A stretch of 64,000 nucleotides of DNA from Escherichia phage nithesis, in the sequence record PV252060.1, one strand, 5' to 3'. This document shows, piece by piece, positions 48,284 through 57,888 of the stretch. The position numbers were made by a program, and so were the translations under genes. The number at the start of each line of letters is the position of its first letter. The stretch's first letter is position 1. The notes under the pieces are model-generated. The model had not been told where the DNA came from. It made no database searches and was given only the letters and a program-made list of their open reading frames with translations.

Positions 48284-48790
48284 TTATTTACTGCTTCTTG
48301 CAGCTACTGGTTTGTTTTCCTGATTCTGATACTTGCCATTGTAATTAGCAGGTTCTTGAACCAGATGAAATAATACTTGAGCTATCCCAGCACCAGCCGG
48401 GATATGCAATTTCTTGCGACCATTATAGACCAGTTCAAGAGTCAAATACCCTTTCCATCCCGGTTCTATTACGGTATTGAACACAGATAATGCACGTCTT
48501 GCCCACGTAGACTTATCGTGAACGATGGCTACGCAGGATGGTGACATGTTGAACTTCTCAATTGCTGAAGCCAATGTGAACTTACCGAGATGGCGTGATA
48601 CTTGATCTCCATCAACGACCTTCACCATTGGAATCAACCCAAATAAGCGATAAAAGGTGATATCTTGTTTGATACGAATATCGTAACCAGCTTCACCTAA
48701 TCCATAGCTTACACCGTGTTCGGATACCTTATGGTCTGGAACATCCAGCAATTGGGATGAACGATAGAGAGAATTACCATTAACAACCAT
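48284..48790 (-). CDS. dCTP deaminase / dUTPase-fold protein
   Basis: IEPGWKGYLTLEL resembles the dCTP-deaminase/dUTPase motif; 168 aa. Confidence 0.5.
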   Translation of the reverse strand: MVVNGNSLYRSSQLLDVPDHKVSEHGVSYGLGEAGYDIRIKQDITFYRLFGLIPMVKVVDGDQVSRHLGKFTLASAIEKFNMSPSCVAIVHDKSTWARRALSVFNTVIEPGWKGYLTLELVYNGRKKLHIPAGAGIAQVLFHLVQEPANYNGKYQNQENKPVAARSSK

Positions 48791-49965
48791 TATTTCATTC
48801 CTTTAGGGATATGAACTACCTCCCCAAAAGGTACGGTAGCATTGGGATTATTCAGAACACACCAGATGATTGGAATATCAAATGGCAATTCTTCCATAGG
48901 GCGAACATACATATCAGAGAATATGATTGCAGCGGTTGGCTTATTCTTAATAATCCACTCGCGTACTGGTTCAAGGTTTGTACCACCACGACCGGTAATC
49001 TTAATCTCTTCAAAAGTATCTTCTTCAGTGATGTCTATTTCTTCCTGGATAATATCGTCGAAGGTAATTAGGGACATCTTCTTAGGATTGAACTGGCTCT
49101 TAACGTAAGCAACCTCTGAGTTAAAACGCAGAGAGTCAGCACTACTAATAGAACCAGATACATCCTCAAAGTAGGCTAAGTGACGTAGACGTCCTTCATC
49201 ATCTTCCAAGGAAGGTAGATAAATATCTGTGTAACGACGGTTAGGTCTGGCCCACGTATAGTGAGTGTCATCAATGTCGGTAAAGAAGTTCATGAGAACT
49301 TCCTGCCATGGAACCACTGGTTTAAGGAATTGGGTAATAACCTCTTCCATACGTCCAGCACCTTTACCGGGCATCTGTCCACCGGCCATTTTCTGGCTTT
49401 GCATTGAACGTACTACGTTGTTGACGACAGCACCCTGGGACTGCCCCGAAGTGGGGGATTTCATGTCGCCAGCAAGACCTGCTCCAGCACCCCCTGACGG
49501 CTTCTGCCTTTTCTGGGGGTTCTTCATCAGGTCATCGTAGATGTCTTCTTCGACCCATCCCTTATATTTATGGTCTTTGCAAATACCTTCATTGATACCA
49601 GTGAACTTGTAACCATCTTCTTCTAACTGAAGGTTAATGAAGTGGTCACATGCCTGGTTCCAGATTTCCGGGTCACGGCTTCCACGACGAATGTCATGTA
49701 GATATGCCACATGCCAGAGTTCGTGCATTAATACTGTTTCTCTTGCATCTGGACACATCCAGATAAAGAAATCAGGATTGAAATGGAGTTCTATCCCATC
49801 AGTACATGCAGTGGGACAATCCTCACGTTTCCATGAGAATTTAAGACTACAAAGTAATGAACCAAAGAACGCAGCAGACTTGCCTAGGAAAGCCTGAGCC
49901 TGAATACGGTCATACTCACGCATGAGTTGTTCATCACTAAGTGTGTGCTGAGGAAATTGGTTCAT
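48790..49965 (-). CDS. vWA-domain protein with HExxH metallopeptidase-like motif (partner of MoxR ATPase)
   Basis: HELWH motif; C-terminal region compatible with vWA fold; ATG at 49965 avoids overlap (table start 50046). Confidence 0.45.
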   Translation of the reverse strand: MNQFPQHTLSDEQLMREYDRIQAQAFLGKSAAFFGSLLCSLKFSWKREDCPTACTDGIELHFNPDFFIWMCPDARETVLMHELWHVAYLHDIRRGSRDPEIWNQACDHFINLQLEEDGYKFTGINEGICKDHKYKGWVEEDIYDDLMKNPQKRQKPSGGAGAGLAGDMKSPTSGQSQGAVVNNVVRSMQSQKMAGGQMPGKGAGRMEEVITQFLKPVVPWQEVLMNFFTDIDDTHYTWARPNRRYTDIYLPSLEDDEGRLRHLAYFEDVSGSISSADSLRFNSEVAYVKSQFNPKKMSLITFDDIIQEEIDITEEDTFEEIKITGRGGTNLEPVREWIIKNKPTAAIIFSDMYVRPMEELPFDIPIIWCVLNNPNATVPFGEVVHIPKGMK

Positions 49966-49969
49966 TGTT

Positions 49970-51022
49970 TTATCCGTGAATGTAGCGAGAGATATTAGCA
50001 GCAGCCTTACGCCATTCAGGAGTAGCCTGAAGATCTGGTAATGCATTGCCTACTGTACGGAAGTACAGAATCTTATGGGTGAACGTTCTAAAACGTTCAA
50101 TGTACTGAAGAACATCAACAAAGTTCTCTTCAGTAGTCTTGTTAGCCAAATGGTTAACAGTAGCCCAACACAGGTTGTTATCATCAGGTAGTGCACAGCC
50201 CAGAGGGTCTTTGACTACCTTCTCAATCGTAATTATACGATTGTATACCTGAGTAAACTGAACAAATTCTGTAGCCTTACCAGCAGTAACGTGTCCTGCA
50301 TAGTAGATAGAATCTTCATCAGGAAGAGCACCTTCTGGTAAGTTCTTGAGGTCTTTGTTAACAAAGTCCCAGGTACGAGGGCAACAGAACGTTTTGTTCT
50401 TATGTGCTGGGTCGAAGTCATGCAGATAACCAGGGTTAGCATGTAAGAATGCAACCAGACGTTCATCCCATTGCTGAGGAATCATTACGTCTTCAACAAA
50501 GATGTCGAAGTTAAGTTCCATTTCAAAGTGAACCACACGAGACTGCATTGCAGTACCTAATGGGTTAACAATGGCACGGTCAGTAGCTTTATTACCTGCA
50601 CAGACAATCATCACATTAGGATGAAGTTTTTTCTGACCAGTCATACGGTCTAGAATCAGTTTATATGCAGCAGCTACTACTTCTTTCTTAGCTGAGTTGA
50701 ACTCATCAAGGAATAAGAGCCAGCCATTATACCCTTCTGGTAATTCATCTCCCTCAATTGGGAATAAGTCAGCGAATGGAATAAACTCTGCACGGTCACC
50801 ATTACGGAATGGTAAACCAGACAGGTCTTCCGGGGCAGAAGTAGACAGACGATGGTCTATCAGTTTCATACCAAATTCTTCTGCAATAGAACGAATGATT
50901 GCAGATTTACCCATACCAGGTGATGAAGTCAGGAACGGTACGTTACCTGCTTTCAAAGCACGGATAATAAAGTTACGAGCTTGACGTGAATTACATACGG
51001 TCAAGGAGTCGATGCTTGTCAT
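49970..51022 (-). CDS. MoxR-like AAA+ ATPase
   Basis: Walker A SPGMGKSA; 350 aa; immediately upstream of vWA/HExxH gene. Confidence 0.55.
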   Translation of the reverse strand: MTSIDSLTVCNSRQARNFIIRALKAGNVPFLTSSPGMGKSAIIRSIAEEFGMKLIDHRLSTSAPEDLSGLPFRNGDRAEFIPFADLFPIEGDELPEGYNGWLLFLDEFNSAKKEVVAAAYKLILDRMTGQKKLHPNVMIVCAGNKATDRAIVNPLGTAMQSRVVHFEMELNFDIFVEDVMIPQQWDERLVAFLHANPGYLHDFDPAHKNKTFCCPRTWDFVNKDLKNLPEGALPDEDSIYYAGHVTAGKATEFVQFTQVYNRIITIEKVVKDPLGCALPDDNNLCWATVNHLANKTTEENFVDVLQYIERFRTFTHKILYFRTVGNALPDLQATPEWRKAAANISRYIHG

Positions 51023-51056
51023 TTACTTACTCTCCTAAAGCTAATGGAATTACTGA

Positions 51057-51386
51057 TTAAGATTTGGTGCAGGGATATGCCTTGTGTACTGAGTACACAA
51101 CAATTTGAGATGTATTCTTCATCTTGAGGATTGCAGAATCATAAATAACTACTTTGGCAATCTTAGGCAGAATGACAGAATACTTAATACCTTCAGGAAC
51201 ACAGTTATTTGTACTCTCGATGTAAGAGATCATACTGCCCATGAAGAATCCTTGTCCGAACGCATCACGAGTGTCATCCAGATAGGCCTGAGCACCTTCC
51301 AGAATTGGTTCTGGTTCAATTGCTTGTGCATTTGGAACCAAAGCTATCAGTGCAGCTACTGCAATACCTTTAAGTAAAGTTTTCAT
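51057..51386 (-). CDS. secreted or periplasmic protein
   Basis: N-terminal signal peptide MKTLLKGIAVAALIALVPNAQA. Confidence 0.4.
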   Translation of the reverse strand: MKTLLKGIAVAALIALVPNAQAIEPEPILEGAQAYLDDTRDAFGQGFFMGSMISYIESTNNCVPEGIKYSVILPKIAKVVIYDSAILKMKNTSQIVVYSVHKAYPCTKS

Positions 51387-51572
51387 TTAGTTACCTTTCA
51401 TTTCATTGAGTTTAAGTACACCGATAGGGGTTAATGACCACCCAAGACCAGTATTGAACTGCACTAAGCCCAGTTTCTTAAGAGACTGTGCGGTTTTGTT
51501 ATTACGGTTGCTGGTGGCAGAACCACCTTGAACCATACGAAGGAAAATAATCTGAGACTGGGTTAATTTCAC
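51387..51572 (-). CDS. hypothetical small protein
   Basis: 61-aa ORF. Confidence 0.3.
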   Translation of the reverse strand: MKLTQSQIIFLRMVQGGSATSNRNNKTAQSLKKLGLVQFNTGLGWSLTPIGVLKLNEMKGN

Positions 51573-51829
51573 TCTTCTTCCTCTTCTTCGGGTAATACGG
51601 ATAGATCAACCCCTAAATGTTTTAGGCGTTTCTCTAAGTCATCTATCTTCTTTTGATAAAATGCTACTAATTTAGGGTATATGCTTGCACGAGCTTGTAT
51701 TCCTAAATCCGTATCACAGAAGGTTACTTTAATCATGTGAGGAGCTTTCTTCAGACTAGCCAATTGCTGCCGGTTGTCGTTGTACTCTTCATACAATTTT
51801 TCAACTAAACGTAGGTTGTGAATATTCAT
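51569..51829 (-). CDS. hypothetical small protein
   Basis: 86-aa ORF, coupled overlap with neighbours. Confidence 0.3.
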   Translation of the reverse strand: MNIHNLRLVEKLYEEYNDNRQQLASLKKAPHMIKVTFCDTDLGIQARASIYPKLVAFYQKKIDDLEKRLKHLGVDLSVLPEEEEEE

Positions 51830-52047
51830 TTCTTCTCCGGTATGAACTGCATTATACAGTTTTGATTACGAGGGATATTCAATTCACATTCATACTTGAG
51901 GGTTTGTGTTACAGAGTTTGGGGTAGAACCAAAGTAGGTATTAGAAATAGCTACAAATCCTGCACCTATTAGACCACCTAGCAAGAATGAGAAAAATGCA
52001 ATCTCTTTATACATTTCCTGGCTCCAGATGTAGAAAACCCCAGTCAA
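51826..52047 (-). CDS. small membrane protein
   Basis: Hydrophobic segment FFSFLLGGLIGAGFVAI. Confidence 0.3.
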   Translation of the reverse strand: MTGVFYIWSQEMYKEIAFFSFLLGGLIGAGFVAISNTYFGSTPNSVTQTLKYECELNIPRNQNCIMQFIPEKK

Positions 52048-52075
52048 TGCTGGGGTTTATCTATCAGTTTATGCT

Positions 52076-52336
52076 TTATAGGCCATGTGGTCGGCATAGA
52101 CTACCCGAACCAAACGAACGGTGTCCAAGTCGGCCCAGGATTAGATTGCTTACTTCAGCAGCAGCACGGCTGAATGCTTTAAAGTCAAAGACTACGACAC
52201 CAAAGAGTGGGGCTGCAATAGCAGCTACCATGATTGGCGTCAGGTCAACCAGTGACATACCCAAGATTAAGTGAGCAGCGTAGGCAATAATACCCATTCC
52301 AAAACCACAACCATATCCAATAGCAATTTTACGCAT
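52076..52336 (-). CDS. small membrane protein
   Basis: Two hydrophobic segments; 86 aa. Confidence 0.3.
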   Translation of the reverse strand: MRKIAIGYGCGFGMGIIAYAAHLILGMSLVDLTPIMVAAIAAPLFGVVVFDFKAFSRAAAEVSNLILGRLGHRSFGSGSLCRPHGL

Positions 52337-52393
52337 AGTTACCTTCTTAGTTAGTAAGTTAATTAGTATTCATATAACAGACAAACAATAGTC

Positions 52394-52443
52394 AAAAAAA
52401 AAAAAAAAAAAAAAAAAAAAGACCTCCCTTCAATATGGAGGTC
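52394..52443 (-). terminator. hairpin followed by 27-nt homopolymeric T tract (A27 on plus strand)
   Basis: Stem gacctcc/ggaggtc with 9-nt loop at 52421-52443, then 27 consecutive A at 52394-52420. Confidence 0.5.
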
Positions 52444-52493
52444 AAACTTGAGGGTTTCATTTCAGGGTTTATAACCCCAAACAAAGAATACCC

Positions 52494-53327
52494 TTATTCT
52501 GCAACAGTAACAGGGATGGTTACATCGACAGTACCGTTGGTAACTACTACAGAAGTAGCATCACCAGCAGCTACTGGTTTAACTGTCAGGACATTGCCAG
52601 AAATGGTAGCTGTAGCACGTCCAGATTCTGGAGCAGTCTTGATAGACAAAGTACCGGAAGAGGAACCAACAGGCATAGCAACAATTGTTACAGTCTTGCC
52701 AGCAACAGTATCGGCAGCAACAGACAGAGCCAGTGAATCAGGAGTAGCTACCAGAGAGCTTGCTTCGTAGTAGCCTACAGCCAGCAGTGACTCATCTTCT
52801 ACAGTGGTTACATTAGCATCTGTAACAATCACTTTATAAGTACCAGCAGAAGCAGCTGTTACGTCATTAAGGGTCAATGTTGCAGTAGCAGCAGATGGGT
52901 TAGTACTGGAACTAATATCAGCGAATGCTGCACCAGCAGTATTTGCTTTGAATTGCCATTTATAAGTAAATGGTGCTTTACCACCTGCTACATCAACATG
53001 CCAGTTAATATCTTCACCTTCAATAGTGGAGACTACACGAGGCAGTTTGGTAGCAATGGTCAGTCGTGGAGTAGCTTTCATATCAATAGAGATAGACTGC
53101 ATATCCACGATGTTGTTAGGCCAGAAGCCTTCTTCAGCAGGGTTTTTAGCAGAGCGTTTATATAGCAGATCACGAACACTATGAAAGATAACTAAGCTAT
53201 CTGGGTAAGTGGCATCTGGGTGTACAAAAGTACCTACTTCTACGGAACCACCTGGGATAGAACCACTGGCATCCAGTACAGTTGCAACATTAGTGGTTTT
53301 GTTAAAACCTACTTTCAAAGTTGGCAT
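52494..53327 (-). CDS. Ig-like domain protein, capsid decoration candidate (N4 gp17-like by position)
   Basis: Thr/Val/Ser-rich beta-type repeats; directly downstream of RNAP II genes; ATG at 53327 with GAGGAAA ribosome-binding site. Confidence 0.45.
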   Translation of the reverse strand: MPTLKVGFNKTTNVATVLDASGSIPGGSVEVGTFVHPDATYPDSLVIFHSVRDLLYKRSAKNPAEEGFWPNNIVDMQSISIDMKATPRLTIATKLPRVVSTIEGEDINWHVDVAGGKAPFTYKWQFKANTAGAAFADISSSTNPSAATATLTLNDVTAASAGTYKVIVTDANVTTVEDESLLAVGYYEASSLVATPDSLALSVAADTVAGKTVTIVAMPVGSSSGTLSIKTAPESGRATATISGNVLTVKPVAAGDATSVVVTNGTVDVTIPVTVAE

Positions 53328-53401
53328 ATCAATTTCCTCATAAGTAAATAGCAGGATTAGTATACATGACATGTAAAAAAATAAACCCTCCGTTAAGAGG
53401 G

Positions 53402-53617
53402 TTAGTTGTTTACACAGTAGATAGCAAAAGCTATCCATCCTGCCATTACAAAGCAGCCAAGTGAGTATGCTCCATAGTAGCAGTAAGCAAACTTAGACTT
53501 GTGGGCATGAACTATTGTAGACAGAACCAGTACAGATAAAACTATCAGTATTAGCTGAAAGATTACTTCAAAAGGGATTAGCATAGTTTTTACCTCCAAG
53601 CAAAAAATAGGCCTCAC
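53402..53617 (-). CDS. small membrane protein
   Basis: Two hydrophobic helices; 71 aa. Confidence 0.3.
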   Translation of the reverse strand: MRPIFCLEVKTMLIPFEVIFQLILIVLSVLVLSTIVHAHKSKFAYCYYGAYSLGCFVMAGWIAFAIYCVNN

Positions 53618-53634
53618 TCCCGAAGGAATGAGGC
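53601..53634 (-). terminator. rho-independent terminator
   Basis: 9-bp stem with cgaa-type loop followed by tattttttg in minus sense. Confidence 0.5.
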
Positions 53635-53641
53635 TAGTTTA

Positions 53642-54859
53642 TTAACTTAATGCATAGTCAGTTTCAAGAATGTCCTGCCAGAGGCTGTCATCCAGCTTAC
53701 CAGCAGAGAACTCTTGTCCTAGTACCTGTGACAGAATGAAGCCTAGCAGGTCACTCTTAGCAATGTCAGACAGAATCTGATTGTACTGACGACGCAAGTC
53801 GTTGCCATAGTTAGGATGACAACGGAAGCAGTCATGTACAGTCATTACAGGGAAAGGTTTCTTAGGCATAGTATTGAGCATAGCTAAGATTACATCTGTA
53901 TCTACCAATGCAATGGTTTCTGAGTCCAGATAATCAAGGATACGCGTAGACAGGAAGCCTGATTTCTCATAACTAGACCACAGTGTATTAACCATTCCAT
54001 AGTTATCATCAGAACCCACCATATAATCGCCAGTTCCTTCACAGAGGGATTTAATATAGTTCACCTGGTTCATGTCGAAGTTACAACGACGCAGCATCTC
54101 ACGTACCACCATCCCATCAATAGAGTGAGTGATGTTAGCAGAGAGCATACGAGTCTTCTCTTCAGTACCCTGAACCATACGAGTGATGTCGAATGGTTTA
54201 CCTAAGAAGTTAACGGTCTGTACTTCTGGAACCATGACCTTAATGACAGCATGGAAGTTGTCAGGCAGTATCCATACATAACGGTTGGCATCCGGGTTAC
54301 CACATTGTAATAAGAACTTGTTAAGTGCCCAAGGACCACTAGCAACAGTTTCCATTACATTCTCAAAAGTCTTGAGACGAATACCTTCACCGAATACTTC
54401 TTTAGGCTTAGCTTCTGAGCCGTAGAATGCAGTCATAACTGCCTGCTTAGTGTCACTACGTTTAATACGAGATGCTTCACCAAGGATGTCCAGCATCTTG
54501 TGATAGATAACTGTATAAGCATCACGACGTAATGGCTTACCATTCTCTCCCATGTAGTTAACTACGTTACACAGTTCAGCAGCAGAGCGGTCACCAGTTA
54601 GGCAGGCCAGTAACTGCAAGCCGGATGATGTAGCATCCAGAGCTACGGCATAACCGATAGGCTTACCTGCTTTCATATCTTTCCATGCGTTTACACCAGC
54701 AAAGAACAGAGCAGAATCTTCAGCTTCATCTACCAGATTAAGCAGGTTAGCTTCGTTTTCATCGAACCAGGCAATACGCTCATCCCATGTCTTCTTATCT
54801 AAGCCATAGTTATTAGCGATATCTACTTTCAGGTATTCACGAGCGGTTAACAGTTGCAT
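53642..54859 (-). CDS. phage RNA polymerase II, catalytic C-terminal-type subunit (T7-like; N4 gp16-like)
   Basis: DATSSGLQLLA resembles T7 RNAP DGSCSGIQHFSA; MTVHDCF resembles T7 motif C HDSF; 405 aa. Confidence 0.7.
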   Translation of the reverse strand: MQLLTAREYLKVDIANNYGLDKKTWDERIAWFDENEANLLNLVDEAEDSALFFAGVNAWKDMKAGKPIGYAVALDATSSGLQLLACLTGDRSAAELCNVVNYMGENGKPLRRDAYTVIYHKMLDILGEASRIKRSDTKQAVMTAFYGSEAKPKEVFGEGIRLKTFENVMETVASGPWALNKFLLQCGNPDANRYVWILPDNFHAVIKVMVPEVQTVNFLGKPFDITRMVQGTEEKTRMLSANITHSIDGMVVREMLRRCNFDMNQVNYIKSLCEGTGDYMVGSDDNYGMVNTLWSSYEKSGFLSTRILDYLDSETIALVDTDVILAMLNTMPKKPFPVMTVHDCFRCHPNYGNDLRRQYNQILSDIAKSDLLGFILSQVLGQEFSAGKLDDSLWQDILETDYALS

Positions 54860-55066
54860 TTTATGTTCCTTTTGCTTCTTGGCTCCCCACTATGGAGAGC
54901 CTGCTTATTGGATGATTAGGCAGTTACTACGTCAGCAGTTAGTTTATAAATAATGGTTTTACTTTCAGGGTTTTGAAGCTTGTAAAGCTTCTCAAAGTAT
55001 AAGCACTTCACATATGTACCTGAGTAAACACATTCTTCATTAACCCATAGCTCATAAGAGCCAATG

Positions 55067-55885
55067 TTAGTCTTCATTTACTAACTCCTTATCAGCGAAT
55101 TCCAGTACAGCTTTGTTGTAGCTGGTTCCCTGAAAATTTATGTGGTAGCCACAGGCATATGTACGCCCACGTTTGTCGTATTTGTGAGCCAGGGAGAAGT
55201 TATTGCCTTCTTTGGTCACTAACTCCATTACTTCTTTAGCTGTACGGCTGTATTTCTCAAAGGCTTTAACACGTTTCTCATAGTCCTGACGGGTTTCCCC
55301 CTCTTTGGGTTTATCCATATTAGGACGTGAGTCTTTTACATAGTTAGCAACGTCCCAGTTAATGCAGAGACGTTGATTGTTCATGCGGTTGATGTGGTCA
55401 AGACAGACGTCCATCTCATGATGGTTCTTCTTGAGGATGATGCTACCTCTGCTTTCGTAGTAACCAGTATCACGGTTACACAGAACAGGCTTAGGAGCAC
55501 TTACGATAGGCAATGGATACTGGAATGCTTCCAGTTCCATCTGTACATCTTCACTAATCTCATAGATAACACCGAACATGTCGATGGTAGGGTCATAATT
55601 GAAGCAGTCATTTTCTGCCATCTTATACAGACAGTCAGCAATGTACTGAGCATCATCTGAGTGACTCATTAGGGAGCCAATCATAGTCTGGATGTTGGCA
55701 CGTTTATGTAGGGCAATCTGCACCATTGCATCAATGAGCAGCTTATAATCAATTTCTAAATAGGCAGCGAATGCCTTAAAGTCAATTTCTTCGGAGTCCT
55801 CGAATTCCTTCCTCATGCGAGGTAGTAATTGATTTTTGTTGAAAAGGATTTCAAGTTGCTTCTGATGTTCGATTGACGAATACAT
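55067..55885 (-). CDS. phage RNA polymerase II, N-terminal-type subunit (N4 gp15-like)
   Basis: 272-aa ORF upstream of the catalytic subunit; size matches N4 heterodimeric RNAP II. Confidence 0.55.
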   Translation of the reverse strand: MYSSIEHQKQLEILFNKNQLLPRMRKEFEDSEEIDFKAFAAYLEIDYKLLIDAMVQIALHKRANIQTMIGSLMSHSDDAQYIADCLYKMAENDCFNYDPTIDMFGVIYEISEDVQMELEAFQYPLPIVSAPKPVLCNRDTGYYESRGSIILKKNHHEMDVCLDHINRMNNQRLCINWDVANYVKDSRPNMDKPKEGETRQDYEKRVKAFEKYSRTAKEVMELVTKEGNNFSLAHKYDKRGRTYACGYHINFQGTSYNKAVLEFADKELVNED

Positions 55886-55938
55886 CGCTTATTCTCCTAA
55901 ATGTGATTAATAACCAAAAGCTGCGGAGCAGCTATTAC

Positions 55939-56214
55939 CTAACGCTTAGTCCAAAAGGTAATACGAATACTATTTTCATTACCTATGTAGTCGATACGTA
56001 CATGCAAACCATTACCATTAAACTCATTACTTTTCTTCTGATAAGGCCAGACTAGGCTAGTCATAGGTATTTTAATGAAACCAGATATGTGACCCAGCTT
56101 AGTACGGCTCTTTAACTCGTTCTGTAATGCACAATAGATGTCATGCCGTGTGAGTGCTCTGGCTCTGACTTGAGCAGACCATAATTCTTCATATGTCATG
56201 AGAATGTTCCCCAA
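55939..56214 (-). CDS. hypothetical early protein
   Basis: 91-aa ORF. Confidence 0.3.
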   Translation of the reverse strand: MGNILMTYEELWSAQVRARALTRHDIYCALQNELKSRTKLGHISGFIKIPMTSLVWPYQKKSNEFNGNGLHVRIDYIGNENSIRITFWTKR

Positions 56215-56579
56215 TAGATATAGGCATCTCCCAGAATAGGCTTCCAGGCTTCGTCGAACATGACATTACCCGTAGCATTAGTGAACATAGGAGCAATTTC
56301 TTCATCCTTATAGCCAGCTAATCCACAACCAATACGTGTTACTTTAAAGTCCCACTCTGGGTGTGCTGCTGCATATCCCAAGAACACTTTTACGAACATA
56401 TCAATAGCCTCTAAAGGCATTGTTTTAATGTTCTGGTCTTTAGTGGGTATTGCATAGCTACATCCATAGTGACCAGCACCCATACCCCAACGAGCACCAT
56501 GCTTCTTATATGCAACTTTCGCTGCACCAGCACCGTGACGTCCTGCTAAATTACTCCCAAATACGAAGATTTCTTTCAT
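56196..56579 (-). CDS. hypothetical protein with Gly-rich nucleotide-binding-like motif
   Basis: FVFGSNLAGRHGAGAAKVA at N-terminus. Confidence 0.4.
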   Translation of the reverse strand: MKEIFVFGSNLAGRHGAGAAKVAYKKHGARWGMGAGHYGCSYAIPTKDQNIKTMPLEAIDMFVKVFLGYAAAHPEWDFKVTRIGCGLAGYKDEEIAPMFTNATGNVMFDEAWKPILGDAYIYWGTFS

Positions 56580-56770
56580 TTGTATAGCTTCCTTAAGCCC
56601 ATATAGGCTTCTTTTTCAGTCATATTAAATTCAGGTCGGCCTGCAATATAGAGATCTAGCTCTTTTAAGGCTAACTCATGATCACGTTGTTCTTTCTTTG
56701 TTCGGCAATGACCACATTTACCATCCCACTGGGATACATGGCCTTTACCACATTTGCATTGTTTGTTCAT
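56576..56770 (-). CDS. small zinc-ribbon protein
   Basis: CKCGKGH...CGHC cysteine pairs. Confidence 0.35.
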   Translation of the reverse strand: MNKQCKCGKGHVSQWDGKCGHCRTKKEQRDHELALKELDLYIAGRPEFNMTEKEAYMGLRKLYK

Positions 56771-57030
56771 TTAAAAGTACTCCATGGTATGGATTCTAAG
56801 TAATTAATTTTGTAAATAATCTTACTTCTTATTTCTCCTCCAACATCTTGTACATGGATTAGGTTTAACCTTTGCGCTTGAGTTATAGTAGCTGCAAGAG
56901 TTCTCCCCATAATATTTGATATTTCTATGAAAGATTTATTAGATTCTACTAGTATCTTTAAATTAGTATTATCTAAATTACTCCACTCTTTAGAGTGGTT
57001 TGCTGGCTTATCCATTAGGATTCTCCACAA
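56767..57030 (-). CDS. hypothetical protein, possible helix-turn-helix
   Basis: 87-aa ORF. Confidence 0.3.
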   Translation of the reverse strand: MWRILMDKPANHSKEWSNLDNTNLKILVESNKSFIEISNIMGRTLAATITQAQRLNLIHVQDVGGEIRSKIIYKINYLESIPWSTFK

Positions 57031-57388
57031 AATAGTTATACATAGCCTTTACTAGCTTCTCTTTAATAACCTCACCATGACATGGTTTTGGATAACAGAA
57101 GCACTGTAAGGCCAGTCCTTTCTCGTCAATGGCTTTATTACCCAGACGATTAAGTTCATCCAGTACAACTGGATTCTTTCTCATAATTTGTTCATTAAGC
57201 CATACTCGATATTTGGCTATAACCTGTTCTCTTGAACCGTCTTTACCAATAATGAATGGATTGCCTAATGGTGAACCACGTCCGATATATTCACCGGATT
57301 TACCGTGATGTTTATTAACAATGATGATTGGACGTGCAGATACACCAAGTAAAGCATTGGTATCGTCACCTAATGACATAATCTTCAT
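57008..57388 (-). CDS. DUF4326-like protein
   Basis: YIGRGSPLGNPF ... CFCYPKPCHG pattern. Confidence 0.45.
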   Translation of the reverse strand: MKIMSLGDDTNALLGVSARPIIIVNKHHGKSGEYIGRGSPLGNPFIIGKDGSREQVIAKYRVWLNEQIMRKNPVVLDELNRLGNKAIDEKGLALQCFCYPKPCHGEVIKEKLVKAMYNYFVENPNG

Positions 57389-57391
57389 GGT

Positions 57392-57700
57392 TTAAGTACC
57401 TGAAATGCGAACACAGGACGTTTTACTACGCCACTGGTTCATTGCTAATTCACTGGTTTCAGAGCCATCATGTAAGTCATAAATAAATGAGATTACATAG
57501 TCTGGTTCTTCCGGGAAGTTCTCTGTAGAGAATGGTAGACCAGACTCCTTAAGAATAGGAACCAGAGGAGATTCAGCATTACAGTATAGAGTAAACTCTT
57601 CATTGAATGCTTGGCTTGTCTGAGATACATAATCTATATTACGCATCATCTTATCTACATCAGTAAATGTAGAATCATGAATTACTAAAATAGTTTTCAT
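57392..57700 (-). CDS. hypothetical early protein
   Basis: 102-aa ORF. Confidence 0.3.
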   Translation of the reverse strand: MKTILVIHDSTFTDVDKMMRNIDYVSQTSQAFNEEFTLYCNAESPLVPILKESGLPFSTENFPEEPDYVISFIYDLHDGSETSELAMNQWRSKTSCVRISGT

Positions 57701-57888
57701 ACTGGCTCCTTGCCTGTAAATGCTACTACTTTTCCTGACATATTCCGTATGGTTACCTGTGCTGAGTTAACATCAGCAAATTGCTCTGCAACCCAGTTAA
57801 GCATTTCAGGGTCACTATTTAATTGTTTTTTGATTACAGTTTTGCTATCTGCTGTTACTAAAGTGATTTCATAATTTTCAATATTCAT
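57697..57888 (-). CDS. hypothetical early protein
   Basis: 63-aa ORF, coupled overlaps. Confidence 0.3.
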   Translation of the reverse strand: MNIENYEITLVTADSKTVIKKQLNSDPEMLNWVAEQFADVNSAQVTIRNMSGKVVAFTGKEPV

